Under the pieces are notes generated by a model. The model was not told the DNA's origin. It saw only the letters and a program-made list of their open reading frames with translations, and did not search any database. A DNA stretch of 64,000 nucleotides from Candidatus Dormiibacterota bacterium (GTDB lineage Bacteria > Chloroflexota > Dormibacteria > Aeolococcales > Aeolococcaceae). How positions within the stretch are numbered: position 1 is the stretch's first letter; each line of letters begins with the position of its first letter. The stretch covers positions 300,918 through 364,917 of the forward strand of contig CAVPXI010000004.1 of the NCBI GenBank assembly GCA_963709585.1, read 5' to 3'. Made by a program: the position numbers and the translations under genes. This document shows positions 41,933-50,970 of the stretch, piece by piece.

Positions 41933-42925
41933 ATGGATCTTTCCGTCGGCCGGCTCCTCACCCTCATCGAGCTGCTCCAGGTTTATCGCCAGCTCAACGC
42001 TGAGGAAATCGCGAGCCGGCTCGAGGTGAGCCCGCGCACGGTGCGTCGTTACATCACCGGCCTGCAGGAGATGGGCATCCCGGTGGAGACCGAACGCGGG
42101 CCCGCCGGCGGTTACCGGCTTCGGCGTGGCTTCAAGCTTCCTCCGCTGATGCTGAGCAACGAGGAGGCACTGGTCATCATCATCGGTCTCCTGGCAGCCC
42201 AGCGACTTGGGCTTTCAGCATCCGGCTCGCCGGTCCAGAGTGCCCTCACCAAGCTCGACCGCCTCCTGCCCGAAGCGCAGCGTGCTCAGGTCCAGGCGAT
42301 GCAGGATTTCGTCAGTCTCGGGCTCTCTCCGGTCGCCAGGGACCACGCCGATGCCGCCACGATTCTCCGTCTGGGCACCGCCGCACGGGATCGCACGGCG
42401 ATTCGTCTGACATACCGCTCGGCAGCGGGTGAAGTGACGGAGCGCGTCGTTGATCCGTATGGGGTCGCGTTCCAGAGCGGCCGTTGGTATCTGGTCAGCT
42501 GGGACCACTACCGGAGCGCGATGCGAACGTTCCGCCTCGACCGCATGCTGGCGACCGAGGCTATGACCGACACCTTCCAGCGGCCCGAGAATTTCGACGT
42601 CGTCGCCTACCTGCACCAGGCGCTCGCGGAGGCGGTGTACGGAACGCGCTGCGAGGTCCTGCTCTCCCTCACCCTCGAGGAGGCGAGGCGTCGCGTTTCA
42701 CCGACCGACGGCACGCTCGAGGAGGCTGAAGAAGGCACGGTGCTCAGCTTCAGCGCAGACGACTTCGACTGGGCGGCCGCGTATCTGGCCGGCCTTGAGT
42801 GCGACCTGGTGGTTCTGCACCCCCCCGAGCTTCGCGCGTCGTTGCGCACGATTGCGGGACGGTTGCGAGCGGCAGCTCGCAGTCCGAAGCGCCGTCGCGC
42901 CGGTGTTCTGCCTGGTTCAGGGTGA
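41933..42925 (+). CDS. YafY-type HTH-WYL transcriptional regulator
   Basis: LEVSPRTVRRYI, GPAGGYRL, GRWYLV, RTFRLDR. Confidence 0.93.
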   Translation: MDLSVGRLLTLIELLQVYRQLNAEEIASRLEVSPRTVRRYITGLQEMGIPVETERGPAGGYRLRRGFKLPPLMLSNEEALVIIIGLLAAQRLGLSASGSPVQSALTKLDRLLPEAQRAQVQAMQDFVSLGLSPVARDHADAATILRLGTAARDRTAIRLTYRSAAGEVTERVVDPYGVAFQSGRWYLVSWDHYRSAMRTFRLDRMLATEAMTDTFQRPENFDVVAYLHQALAEAVYGTRCEVLLSLTLEEARRRVSPTDGTLEEAEEGTVLSFSADDFDWAAAYLAGLECDLVVLHPPELRASLRTIAGRLRAAARSPKRRRAGVLPGSG

Positions 42926-43004
42926 CCCCGTCATCCATCAGAGGACAAATGCACAGTGCTCCTAAGGGGGGTTCTCAGAACGTCCACACACAACAAGAAT
43001 TTTC

Positions 43005-43033
43005 TTGACTGGGCGCCGGATGCGTGGTATTGT
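43005..43033 (+). promoter_or_regulatory. near-consensus sigma70 promoter
   Basis: TTGACT-17-TATTGT with TG extended -10 and AT-rich upstream tract. Confidence 0.7.
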
Positions 43034-43201
43034 TGTTGCTAACGTTCGATCTCCGGGGTGAAAGCCCGTCCGCTGGGATCGAGCGACGCAGTTGGAGAGA
43101 AGTTCGCGCGGGTAGTGCGTTTTAGCTGGGCTTGCCCCGCCATCGCCCATACTGCGGATCCGGCCGTGAGCCGATTGCGGCAACCGCTGACGAGTGAGCA
43201 C

Positions 43202-43444
43202 ATGACTGATACGCCACCTCCCGACAAGCCTCCCGAGCACGAGAAGAGTTGGCTGCGTCGCTTCGAGGACGCAGTCCACGACCGCCTGCTCGCGGCCGAG
43301 GTCGCGGCTGAGGAGGCCGCAGGATACGGCTCCCTCACGGCGGCACGAGAGGCTGCCGAGACCGCCGCCAACCCGGAGCACGAGCTCGGTGGCGATGACG
43401 AGGCCGACGCCGCCGATTCAGGCTCCGAGCACCCCGCGGAATAG
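43202..43444 (+). CDS. small acidic hypothetical protein
   Basis: ORF upstream of UbiA gene. Confidence 0.55.
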   Translation: MTDTPPPDKPPEHEKSWLRRFEDAVHDRLLAAEVAAEEAAGYGSLTAAREAAETAANPEHELGGDDEADAADSGSEHPAE

Positions 43445-43455
43445 AGCCCCCGCCC

Positions 43456-44301
43456 GTGTGGTGGGACGAGCGCAGGCCCGGCGGGACGATCCGGTCGCTG
43501 GTTTTCCTCGGCCACCCCGGTCCGTCATTGCTGGTGGCCGGGGTGCTGGTGGCAATCGCCGGTCTGGCTGGTCACGGCCTGCAGGAGGGCACGCGGGTCC
43601 TGCAGTTGGTGGGTGCAATGCTGCCGGTCCAACTCTGCATCGGCGTCATCAACGACGTTGTCGACCTGCCCGCCGATGCCGTCGCAAAACCCCACAAGCC
43701 GCTGGTGCGGGGGGTGGTCAACCGATCGACCGCGATTGGCATCGGGGTGGTGCTCGGCGCGATTGGGCTCGGGATCGCGGCCACCATCAACACAGCGACC
43801 CTCGGGCTGGACGCCCTCGCTCTCGCCGCGGGTCTCGCCTACGACCTGGGATTGCGCCGGACTCCACTCTCGTGGGTCCCCTGGTGGGGCGGAATGGCCG
43901 TCCTCCCGCTCGAGGGATACGCCTCGGTCGGGTCAATCCCATCGCGGCTGCTCGTCCTGCTTCCGCTGTCCGGCCTGATCGCGATCGGGCTCCATTTCGC
44001 CAACGCGCTGCCGGACATCAACGACGACCGGCTCGCGGGCCGCCGCAGCCTCCCGGTCGTGGTGGGGGTGGACCGCTCGCGATCGGCCGGGCCGATCGTC
44101 CTCGCCGCCGCCGGACTGCTCGCGCTCCTCATCGCCGGTCCCCTGGGCCAGGCTGGAATCGTCTTATTCAGTGGTGTCGGGGTGCTGGCCATCGGCGTCT
44201 TAGCGGTCGTCGCGACACGCTCGCCGAGGCCGTTTCCGATACTGGCTGTGACCACCGCAGTCTTTGCGATCGCATGGCTGGCGTCACTGCCACGCGCCTG
44301 A
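43456..44301 (+). CDS. UbiA-family prenyltransferase
   Basis: NDVVDLPAD..KPHKPL, ANALPDINDD, multiple TMs. Confidence 0.88.
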   Translation: MWWDERRPGGTIRSLVFLGHPGPSLLVAGVLVAIAGLAGHGLQEGTRVLQLVGAMLPVQLCIGVINDVVDLPADAVAKPHKPLVRGVVNRSTAIGIGVVLGAIGLGIAATINTATLGLDALALAAGLAYDLGLRRTPLSWVPWWGGMAVLPLEGYASVGSIPSRLLVLLPLSGLIAIGLHFANALPDINDDRLAGRRSLPVVVGVDRSRSAGPIVLAAAGLLALLIAGPLGQAGIVLFSGVGVLAIGVLAVVATRSPRPFPILAVTTAVFAIAWLASLPRA

Positions 44302-44336
44302 TCCCGGTGCGACGCCTTGGTACCATCGCCCGGCGT

Positions 44337-44408
44337 GCCCAAGTAGCTCAGTGGTAGAGCAACGCCTTGGTAAGGCGTAGGCCGTGAGTTCAATCCTCAC
44401 CTTGGGCT
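44337..44408 (+). tRNA. tRNA-Thr(GGT)
   Basis: GCCCAAG acceptor, TT-GGT-AA loop, GTTCAATCC. Confidence 0.95.
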
Positions 44409-44469
44409 ATACGGAATCAGCTTTGTGAGGCCTTGACGTACCCCCGCTGGCACCCCCACACTACCCGCT

Positions 44470-45531
44470 ATGGGGCGTTCAGCAGACGGCTCGGGGCACC
44501 TACGCAAGCGCAAGGACGGCCTCTACGAAGTCCGTGTGCGGCGTGACGGAAAGCGGATCAGCTACTACGGTCAGACCCAGGGTGAGGCGCTCAGGAAGGC
44601 TGTGGCTCCGAAGCAGTCCCGCGAGCAACTTCACGCGTTCCTGCGTGAATGGCTTGAGAAGAAACGAGGCACCATCCGGGCGTCCACGTGGAGACGATAT
44701 GAAACGACGGTTCGTTGCTCCTTGCTCCCGAACCTGCCCGACATCCGGCTCGGCGCCCTGACAACCTCGCACGTCGAGGACCTGAATGAAGAGACACTCG
44801 GGAGCGCGTCCCTCGCCCGCAAAGCTCGCGTCGTCCTGCACACGGCGATGGAGTACGCGGTGGACACGCACCGCATCCCGGCCAACCCCTGCCACTCCCG
44901 CGCGCTGCGCCTATCCGTCACCGGGCGCGACTGGGTGATCCTCGACCGCGATGAAACCCGCCGACTGCTTGAGGCCGCGAAGACCCAGCCCGCGTACGAA
45001 GCCCTGTACGTGCTCGCGGTCACCATCGGGGCACGGGTGGGCGAACTGTGCGCCCTACGCTGGCGGGACATTGACCTTGACGCCGGAACGCTCAAGGTGA
45101 ACGCCACCGTCAACAGGGGTGAGGACAATCGACTCGCTAGGCTGACGGTGAAGACGGAGCGGGCACGACGGACGATTCGGCTGCCGGACATAGCCGTCGA
45201 AGCCTTGCGGCGGACTCCACGCGATCAGGGCGGGACGCTCGTGGGTCATCGTGATCTCGTGTTCAAAGGTAGCGACGAGTACCTTGACCCGAGCGAGGTG
45301 ACAAAGCGCCATTTCGCGGACGTGCTTGACGCCGCTGGACTGCCGCCGATGACCATGCACGACCTTCGCCACACCTACATCACGAACGCCCTTGAGGATG
45401 GAGTGATGCCGCACACCGTCAGCGAGATCGTCGGGCACAGCAGCGCGGCCTTTACTTTGTCTCGCTATGCCTCAGTCACTCGCGGGATGCACGAGACGGC
45501 GGTAGAGGCGACGAACCGCCGCTACTCGTGA
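44470..45531 (+). CDS. tyrosine integrase
   Basis: GARVGELCALRW, HDLRH, VGHS, TLSRY. Confidence 0.95.
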   Translation: MGRSADGSGHLRKRKDGLYEVRVRRDGKRISYYGQTQGEALRKAVAPKQSREQLHAFLREWLEKKRGTIRASTWRRYETTVRCSLLPNLPDIRLGALTTSHVEDLNEETLGSASLARKARVVLHTAMEYAVDTHRIPANPCHSRALRLSVTGRDWVILDRDETRRLLEAAKTQPAYEALYVLAVTIGARVGELCALRWRDIDLDAGTLKVNATVNRGEDNRLARLTVKTERARRTIRLPDIAVEALRRTPRDQGGTLVGHRDLVFKGSDEYLDPSEVTKRHFADVLDAAGLPPMTMHDLRHTYITNALEDGVMPHTVSEIVGHSSAAFTLSRYASVTRGMHETAVEATNRRYS

Positions 45532-45651
45532 GCTAGGCATGCATCCGCCACTGGCGCTGATGCCGTCGGACCCAGCGGCCTGTCATAAGGCTCCCGGATC
45601 GTTACGGCGGCCTCTGTGTGAGGGCTGGGGCGAAGAGGGTATAACGGTGGC

Positions 45652-45900
45652 ATGGCACTGGAACAGGAAGCGGCGTACTTTGACGCCCATAAAGACGAAC
45701 TCCTTCAGCACTACCGTGGCCAGTACGCGCTCATCCACGGCGATGAACTTCTTGGCACGTTCACGCAGTTCCAAGAGGCGTTCGAGGCTGGTATTTCGAA
45801 GGTCGGGAACACGGCTTTCCTGATCCGGCAGGTTCTCGATGACAACCCAACTGTCCAATTCCCCGCGTTGGCCGTTGGGATGATCAGTGCCCACCCATAA
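45652..45900 (+). CDS. small DUF5678-like protein
   Basis: YFDAHKDELLQHYRGQYALIHGDELLG pattern. Confidence 0.65.
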   Translation: MALEQEAAYFDAHKDELLQHYRGQYALIHGDELLGTFTQFQEAFEAGISKVGNTAFLIRQVLDDNPTVQFPALAVGMISAHP

Positions 45901-46372
45901 CCACTTCCTCTCATCGGCTGCTTCTGGCGGCAAACCGGATGCCGAGGCCCTGGCGGTGGTCGGGGCGTTTCTGATCATGGACGTACAGGTGCCGCCTGTT
46001 GTCGCGACCGCACTCACAGATGCGGGCGAGCCTGTTCCCCCCTCTTCATCCGGGGTGGCGCTGGTCGATACAGGCGCGACGTTTACGTGCGTAGACGAAC
46101 CGATCCTGACTGGCCTGGGCCTTCACCCTGTGGGCACCGTGGCTTCTGGCACAGCGGCGGGGCCGGTTCAGCAATCGCTCTATGTGGCCCGCATTACCTT
46201 TCCGATATGGGCCTGGACTATGGACATACAAGTCGTAGGGGTTGATCTGAGCGGCCAAATCCTTCTCACCGATCCGCCGCAACGGCCGATTGCGCTGCTG
46301 GGACGCAACCTGCTCAAGTTCTGCGTTCTCATCTGGAACGGACCGGGCGGGTTCTGGACCATCACCCAGTAG
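45887..46372 (+). CDS. retropepsin-like (clan AA) aspartyl protease
   Basis: ALVDTGAT catalytic motif and LLGRNLL. Confidence 0.85.
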   Translation: MPTHNHFLSSAASGGKPDAEALAVVGAFLIMDVQVPPVVATALTDAGEPVPPSSSGVALVDTGATFTCVDEPILTGLGLHPVGTVASGTAAGPVQQSLYVARITFPIWAWTMDIQVVGVDLSGQILLTDPPQRPIALLGRNLLKFCVLIWNGPGGFWTITQ

Positions 46373-46399
46373 CGGTGCGGGTGATCCGCTAGCCGAGGA

Positions 46400-46567
46400 C
46401 TAGCCGCGCTTGCGCAGATCCTCGACCTGTTCGGCCAGCGTCTTGACTTGCGCCTCTAGCGGTCGAATGACATTGCGGACGAGTTTCGCGATTTCGCGCT
46501 CGACCAGATCCTTTATGGCTTCAGCTACGTCCTCGGGACCAGCAGCATCGGGTTCTTGATCTGTCAT
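46400..46567 (-). CDS. 55-aa coiled-coil protein
   Basis: manual translation MTDQEPDAAG..IRPLEAQVKTLAEQVEDLRKRG. Confidence 0.5.
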   Translation of the reverse strand: MTDQEPDAAGPEDVAEAIKDLVEREIAKLVRNVIRPLEAQVKTLAEQVEDLRKRG

Positions 46568-46791
46568 GCGGTCGATTGTAGGCGTGTCAGATTCTCAGGT
46601 CTGACTGCTCGCCCGGTCCCTCTTGCTCGCGGCGCCCGGCTGTGGGTGACGGGAGAGCAATTCGGTCATCCGCCGAGGCGCGGTATAGTGACCCACGCGC
46701 CGCCGCACATGGCAACATATGGGACCGAACAAATGATCGGACCACATCATGTTGTGGTGTCTTAGACGGGAATCTTTGGTAGGAGCGCACC

Positions 46792-47787
46792 TTGGCGGGT
46801 CAACTCAGCGTTCTTGAACTCTGCGCTGGAGCAGGCGGTCAGTCCCTCGGACTTGAACAAGCCGGATTTACCCACGCGGCCGCCGTCGAGATTGAACCTA
46901 TCTACGCTGAAACCCTGCGCGACAATCGGCCAGCTTGGCGCGTTCTCACCGCCGACATACGAGAGTTGAGTGGTCGTGCCTTCAAGGGGGTCGATCTCCT
47001 AGCGGGCGGCGTGCCGTGCCCGCCCTTCTCGATTGCCGGGAAGCAGCTCGGCGCCGATGACGACCGCGACCTGTTCCCTACCGCCCTTCGCCTTGTCGCT
47101 GAGGCAAGACCCCAGGCTGTGATGCTGGAGAACGTGCGCGGGCTCAGCGGGGCACGGTTCATCGACTACCGCCAACGGATCCTCGCCAAGCTCTATCAGC
47201 TTGGCTACGACCCGCACTGGCAGGTCCTCAATGCCTCGCAATTCGGGGTCCCCCAGCTCCGACCTCGTTTCATCCTCGTAGCCCTTCGCCAGAAGCACGC
47301 AAGGCACTTCCACTGGCCCGACACTCAGGGACCGCCCCCCACTGTTGGGCAGAAAGTGGGCGACCTGATGGCCGAGCGGGGCTGGCCAGGAGCGACGCGT
47401 TGGGCAGCTCAAGCGAACGGGATAGCCCCTACTATCGTCGGCGGGTCCGTCAAGCACGGCGGACCCGATCTCGGTCCAACGCGTGCCCGTGCCGAGTGGC
47501 TTCGGATGGGTGTGGACGGACTGGGACTTGCGAACGAGGCTCCGGGGCCTGAGATGCCGTCCAGTTTCATCCCCAAGCTGACGCTCCGTATGGTGGCCCG
47601 CTTGCAGGGGTTCCCCGATGACTGGCGCTTCGCCGGGAAGAAGACCGCCGCATACCGACAAATCGGAAACGCCTTTCCCCCGCCGGTTGCCGCTGCTGTG
47701 GGTCGCAGCATCTCCTCGGCGATTTTCGGTCTGCATACTCCCGTCGTAACTGAGGCTCAGGACACGCGCGAGCTAGTCCTCATCTGA
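46792..47787 (+). CDS. C5-cytosine DNA methyltransferase, M.NaeI/M.NgoMIV-like
   Basis: CAGAGG, GGVPCPPFS, ENV, QLRPR, APTIVGGS.KHGG.DLGPTRA TRD, QIGNA. Confidence 0.95.
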   Translation: MAGQLSVLELCAGAGGQSLGLEQAGFTHAAAVEIEPIYAETLRDNRPAWRVLTADIRELSGRAFKGVDLLAGGVPCPPFSIAGKQLGADDDRDLFPTALRLVAEARPQAVMLENVRGLSGARFIDYRQRILAKLYQLGYDPHWQVLNASQFGVPQLRPRFILVALRQKHARHFHWPDTQGPPPTVGQKVGDLMAERGWPGATRWAAQANGIAPTIVGGSVKHGGPDLGPTRARAEWLRMGVDGLGLANEAPGPEMPSSFIPKLTLRMVARLQGFPDDWRFAGKKTAAYRQIGNAFPPPVAAAVGRSISSAIFGLHTPVVTEAQDTRELVLI

Positions 47788-47790
47788 GAA

Positions 47791-48660
47791 ATGCCGAGCC
47801 TCAAGGACAGAGCGTTCGTCACCCGCGCGTTCTACGACGACTGCATCTGGCCGCAAGGTAGTCCGCGATTGGAAGACGCCTGGCTAGGGATCTACCAGAT
47901 GTTGCTCTGGTACGCGCACGGTTACATTCACATCCGCGAAGCAAACGATCTGGCACGCAACGCAACGTGGCAGCAGCGTGCCACCCGAGCAGAGGCGTAT
48001 ATCGCCAGCGCGTTGAGCCTTCCGCCCGACAGCCTGCCAGCGCACGTGGACAAGATGATGCAGTTGCCACGGTGGCAGGATGTTGTGAAGGACAAGGGCA
48101 CAACGATGACCTGCCCGCATTGCGGCAAGGACTTCTTGGTGCCGAAAGAAGGGCAGCGGAATAACCCGCTAGGAAATGGTCTCCGAATATTGACAGCAGA
48201 GATACTCCGCAAGTGGGGTGACGAGCGATTCACCTATGAGGAAGAAGTCAAAGCCACCAACTGGTTTCCTGGGATCCAGATGCCGGGGCGCAGCACGGAT
48301 CCCAAGATCGATGTGATGGCGCACACCCGGACAAGCGTGCGGGTGATCGTTTCCTGCAAGTGGAGCGGGCGACACGACCGCATGAGTGACGTTACAAATG
48401 AGTGCCAGCAGTACCGAGCAGCAGCGATGCAACTTCAGAACACAGATCTTCAGCACTTCGTGATCACTAACGAGCTGGATGGTCAGCGGACGGACAAGAT
48501 ACTCAACCAGCGATGCATCAGTGGACTGGTGATGGTTCACCTGCCCTTGGCTCAGGTAATGGGCACGACAACGCAGATGATGGAGCAAGAGATCGCCAGC
48601 GGACGGCTCCTCGATCTCACTGACTTCGTGAAGCTCGACGCGCACCTGGACGGTGTGATT
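47791..48660 (+). CDS. putative type II restriction endonuclease, CCGG family (no stop before Vsr)
   Basis: PKID...SCKWSGRHDR...VITNE resembles NgoMIV SCKWTIRSDR...VVTAE. Confidence 0.7.
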
Positions 48661-49083
48661 GTGGCCGACTGGCTCACGGCCGAACAACGCACACGCAACA
48701 TGGCGGCAATCAGGTCTTCCGGCACCTCGCCGGAGAAACGACTAGGCGTTGCGCTTCGCGTCGCGTTTCCACGGCGACACATCGTGAAAAATGCATCGCA
48801 GCTTCCGGGTCGACCGGACTACTACCTTCCCGGCTTGCGACTGGCCGTGTTTGCCGATGGCTGCTTCTGGCACTGCTGTCCCACCCATGGGCGTCTACCA
48901 AGCGACAACCGCGACTATTGGGAGCCGAAGCTGAGCCGCAACGTTTCTCGCGACCGAGAAGCTGCGACAGCCTTGCGCAACATGGGCATCCAGCCAATGC
49001 GACTGTGGGAGCACGAACTCGGGAAGCGAACAATGGACGCAACTATTCACCAGATCCAGGTAGCGGCAGCGGAGCGTCTGTAG
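48661..49083 (+). CDS. vsr: very-short-patch repair endonuclease
   Basis: D..T.EQR..NM..IRS..T.PE, GRPD, FADGCFWH, LWEHE. Confidence 0.93.
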   Translation: MADWLTAEQRTRNMAAIRSSGTSPEKRLGVALRVAFPRRHIVKNASQLPGRPDYYLPGLRLAVFADGCFWHCCPTHGRLPSDNRDYWEPKLSRNVSRDREAATALRNMGIQPMRLWEHELGKRTMDATIHQIQVAAAERL

Positions 49084-49091
49084 GTAGAGCG

Positions 49092-49880
49092 ATGGAGCGG
49101 GAGCAGGCATGGGCCACTGCCACCTTCGGTGTGGCTGCCGCGCTGGTCGTGGCGGCAATCGCCGTTACGAGCTATGGATTGCCGCTGATCATTGCAGCGG
49201 CAGTGCTCTTGGCAGTCTCCGGACTTCTCTTCCGTCGCGACCTACGCTCGCGTCCCCGCTTGGTCATTGGTGAACCCACCGCCGAGATCAGAGGTGTAAC
49301 TCATGAGCCAAGCGGCCGTCAGAGCCAGATGATGAGTACGACTACAACCACCGTCTACATGAGCAGCATCGACGTGAGCGAGATGGCTCTGACGGGGTTC
49401 GACCCAACGCGGCAGGGTAAGCGACGCGACAGTAGTCTCTTCGGCACTTACGTCCGCATATCCAACCAACCGCAGGTCGCGGGGCGCGATGCCGAGAACG
49501 TCGTTACAAGGCTGCGCTTTGAGGCATCCGATGGAACCGTCACGGAGATGCATGGACGTTGGTCGCAACTACCGCAGCACGGCGATCCCGAGCGCACCTT
49601 GGAAGCTGAGGGGATCACGATACCGAGCAATGGCGAAAGGAAGTGGCTTGACGTCGCTATCAAGTACCAGGACGACGAGATTTGCTATGCCTTCAATGAC
49701 GAAAACCGCTTCCGCAGCCGCGACCTTCGCTATCGCCCCTTGGGACCATCACCGATCCGGGTTGAGGTCACTGCGAAGGGCTCCAATTGCAGGCCAGCTA
49801 AGGCCAATTTCACCTTGACGCACTCAGGAAGGAAAAGCGGCCTTTCGATCCGGGCGGGTACCCTGGCGTTGAGCGTCTAG
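49092..49880 (+). CDS. hypothetical protein, N-terminal 2 TM + soluble domain
   Basis: two hydrophobic helices then beta-rich region. Confidence 0.6.
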   Translation: MEREQAWATATFGVAAALVVAAIAVTSYGLPLIIAAAVLLAVSGLLFRRDLRSRPRLVIGEPTAEIRGVTHEPSGRQSQMMSTTTTTVYMSSIDVSEMALTGFDPTRQGKRRDSSLFGTYVRISNQPQVAGRDAENVVTRLRFEASDGTVTEMHGRWSQLPQHGDPERTLEAEGITIPSNGERKWLDVAIKYQDDEICYAFNDENRFRSRDLRYRPLGPSPIRVEVTAKGSNCRPAKANFTLTHSGRKSGLSIRAGTLALSV

Positions 49881-49928
49881 TGCGGCCTCACAGCGTGTGC
49901 GTCCGCACGAGGGTGATGACACTCTGAG

Positions 49929-50237
49929 CTAGGCGGGCGTCCTCGGATCAGGGTCCCTCACCCTTGCCCTGTTGATGAGAATGTCGTCGTCGGGCGAGCC
50001 GACCCAGTACATCCACTCACCGCTGGGATCGTCCCAGTAGCGCGTCACCATCGTGGTGCCGCCCTTCCAGTGCATCGGGGTGCCATGTGCCCACACGTGT
50101 CGAGCAAACGCCGTCCAGGCCGCCTCATCGGCAGCATCAGCCCGACGCGTGTACCAGTGCTCGGCCCACTTGCGGTATGTCCATGCATATCGCCATCTGG
50201 CCGTCGCTATGAACTCTCTGGTCCCATCCTCGTCCAT
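49929..50237 (-). CDS. Trp-rich hypothetical protein
   Basis: FIATARWRYA..HWYT..YW..ILINRA. Confidence 0.6.
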   Translation of the reverse strand: MDEDGTREFIATARWRYAWTYRKWAEHWYTRRADAADEAAWTAFARHVWAHGTPMHWKGGTTMVTRYWDDPSGEWMYWVGSPDDDILINRARVRDPDPRTPA

Positions 50238-50396
50238 CCCTAGAGACTAACACTCGGAAGCCCGAAGGCCAAAGATGGGACAGGGTATGGACCTGTTGCA
50301 CGTTCGTTGTTGCCATCCTTGACAGAATAGCCCATGCTAGTACCCATAAGATGCGCGGCACGGTGTAACCCACCGGCCCGCACCGGAGAGACAACC

Positions 50397-50819
50397 GTGG
50401 AAACGAACACGCCCCGACCCGAGGTGCGCTCCACCTTCCAGAACCGGCCCGCGTACAGGTACCTTCGAGCGAGCGACAGACTGCCCACCTACGCCGAACT
50501 CCCCGAAGATGACGGCTCAGTCCTCTGCCGTGTACGGCTCTTCAACCCAACCGGGATCGGAACGTGGTGGGTGGCCGCGTATGACCCGGACACTCACATC
50601 GCTTGGGGTGTCGCGGAGCTACACGAACGGGAGATCGGGAACGCGATAGCCCTGAGCGTCACTGGCCGGTAGTGAAGATCCCGCTCTATCGGGAGCTTCT
50701 CGATGGACGAGTTGACCGAATACCGAGGCCGGTTCGGACTCCCGATGGAGCGGGATCTTCACTACCGGCCAGTGACGCTCAGGGCTATCGCGTACGGCCG
50801 GGAAGGGTTCGTGAGATGA
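50397..50819 (+). pseudogene. DUF2958-like protein interrupted by a 54-bp inverted duplication with a stop
   Basis: LFNPTGIGTWW..EIG / SFSMDEL..RGRFGLPMERDLHY; internal TAG at 50670-50672. Confidence 0.75.
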
Positions 50820-50970
50820 GCATGACTAGCGTTCTCTTCCACTGCGCGAGAATGTCGGCGGACGGGCGCGCCTGTCGGAAACACAGGGTTGTCCATAGGG
50901 TGCGGTCACACGTGATCGGTCGCTCGCTGGCACTCGGCGGATTCTGGCGGATGCTTTGGGGTGGATGGCG

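Noticed and set aside
43054-43102. FMN-riboswitch resemblance (GGGGTGAAA..CCC..CCG, GGAGAGAAG)
   Set aside because: Too short and lacks the other conserved stems; no flavin gene downstream
44312-44322. ACGCCTTGGTA upstream copy of the tRNA-Thr anticodon arm as an att site
   Set aside because: Only 11 bp, on the wrong side of the tRNA, and overlaps a plausible -10 (TACCAT)
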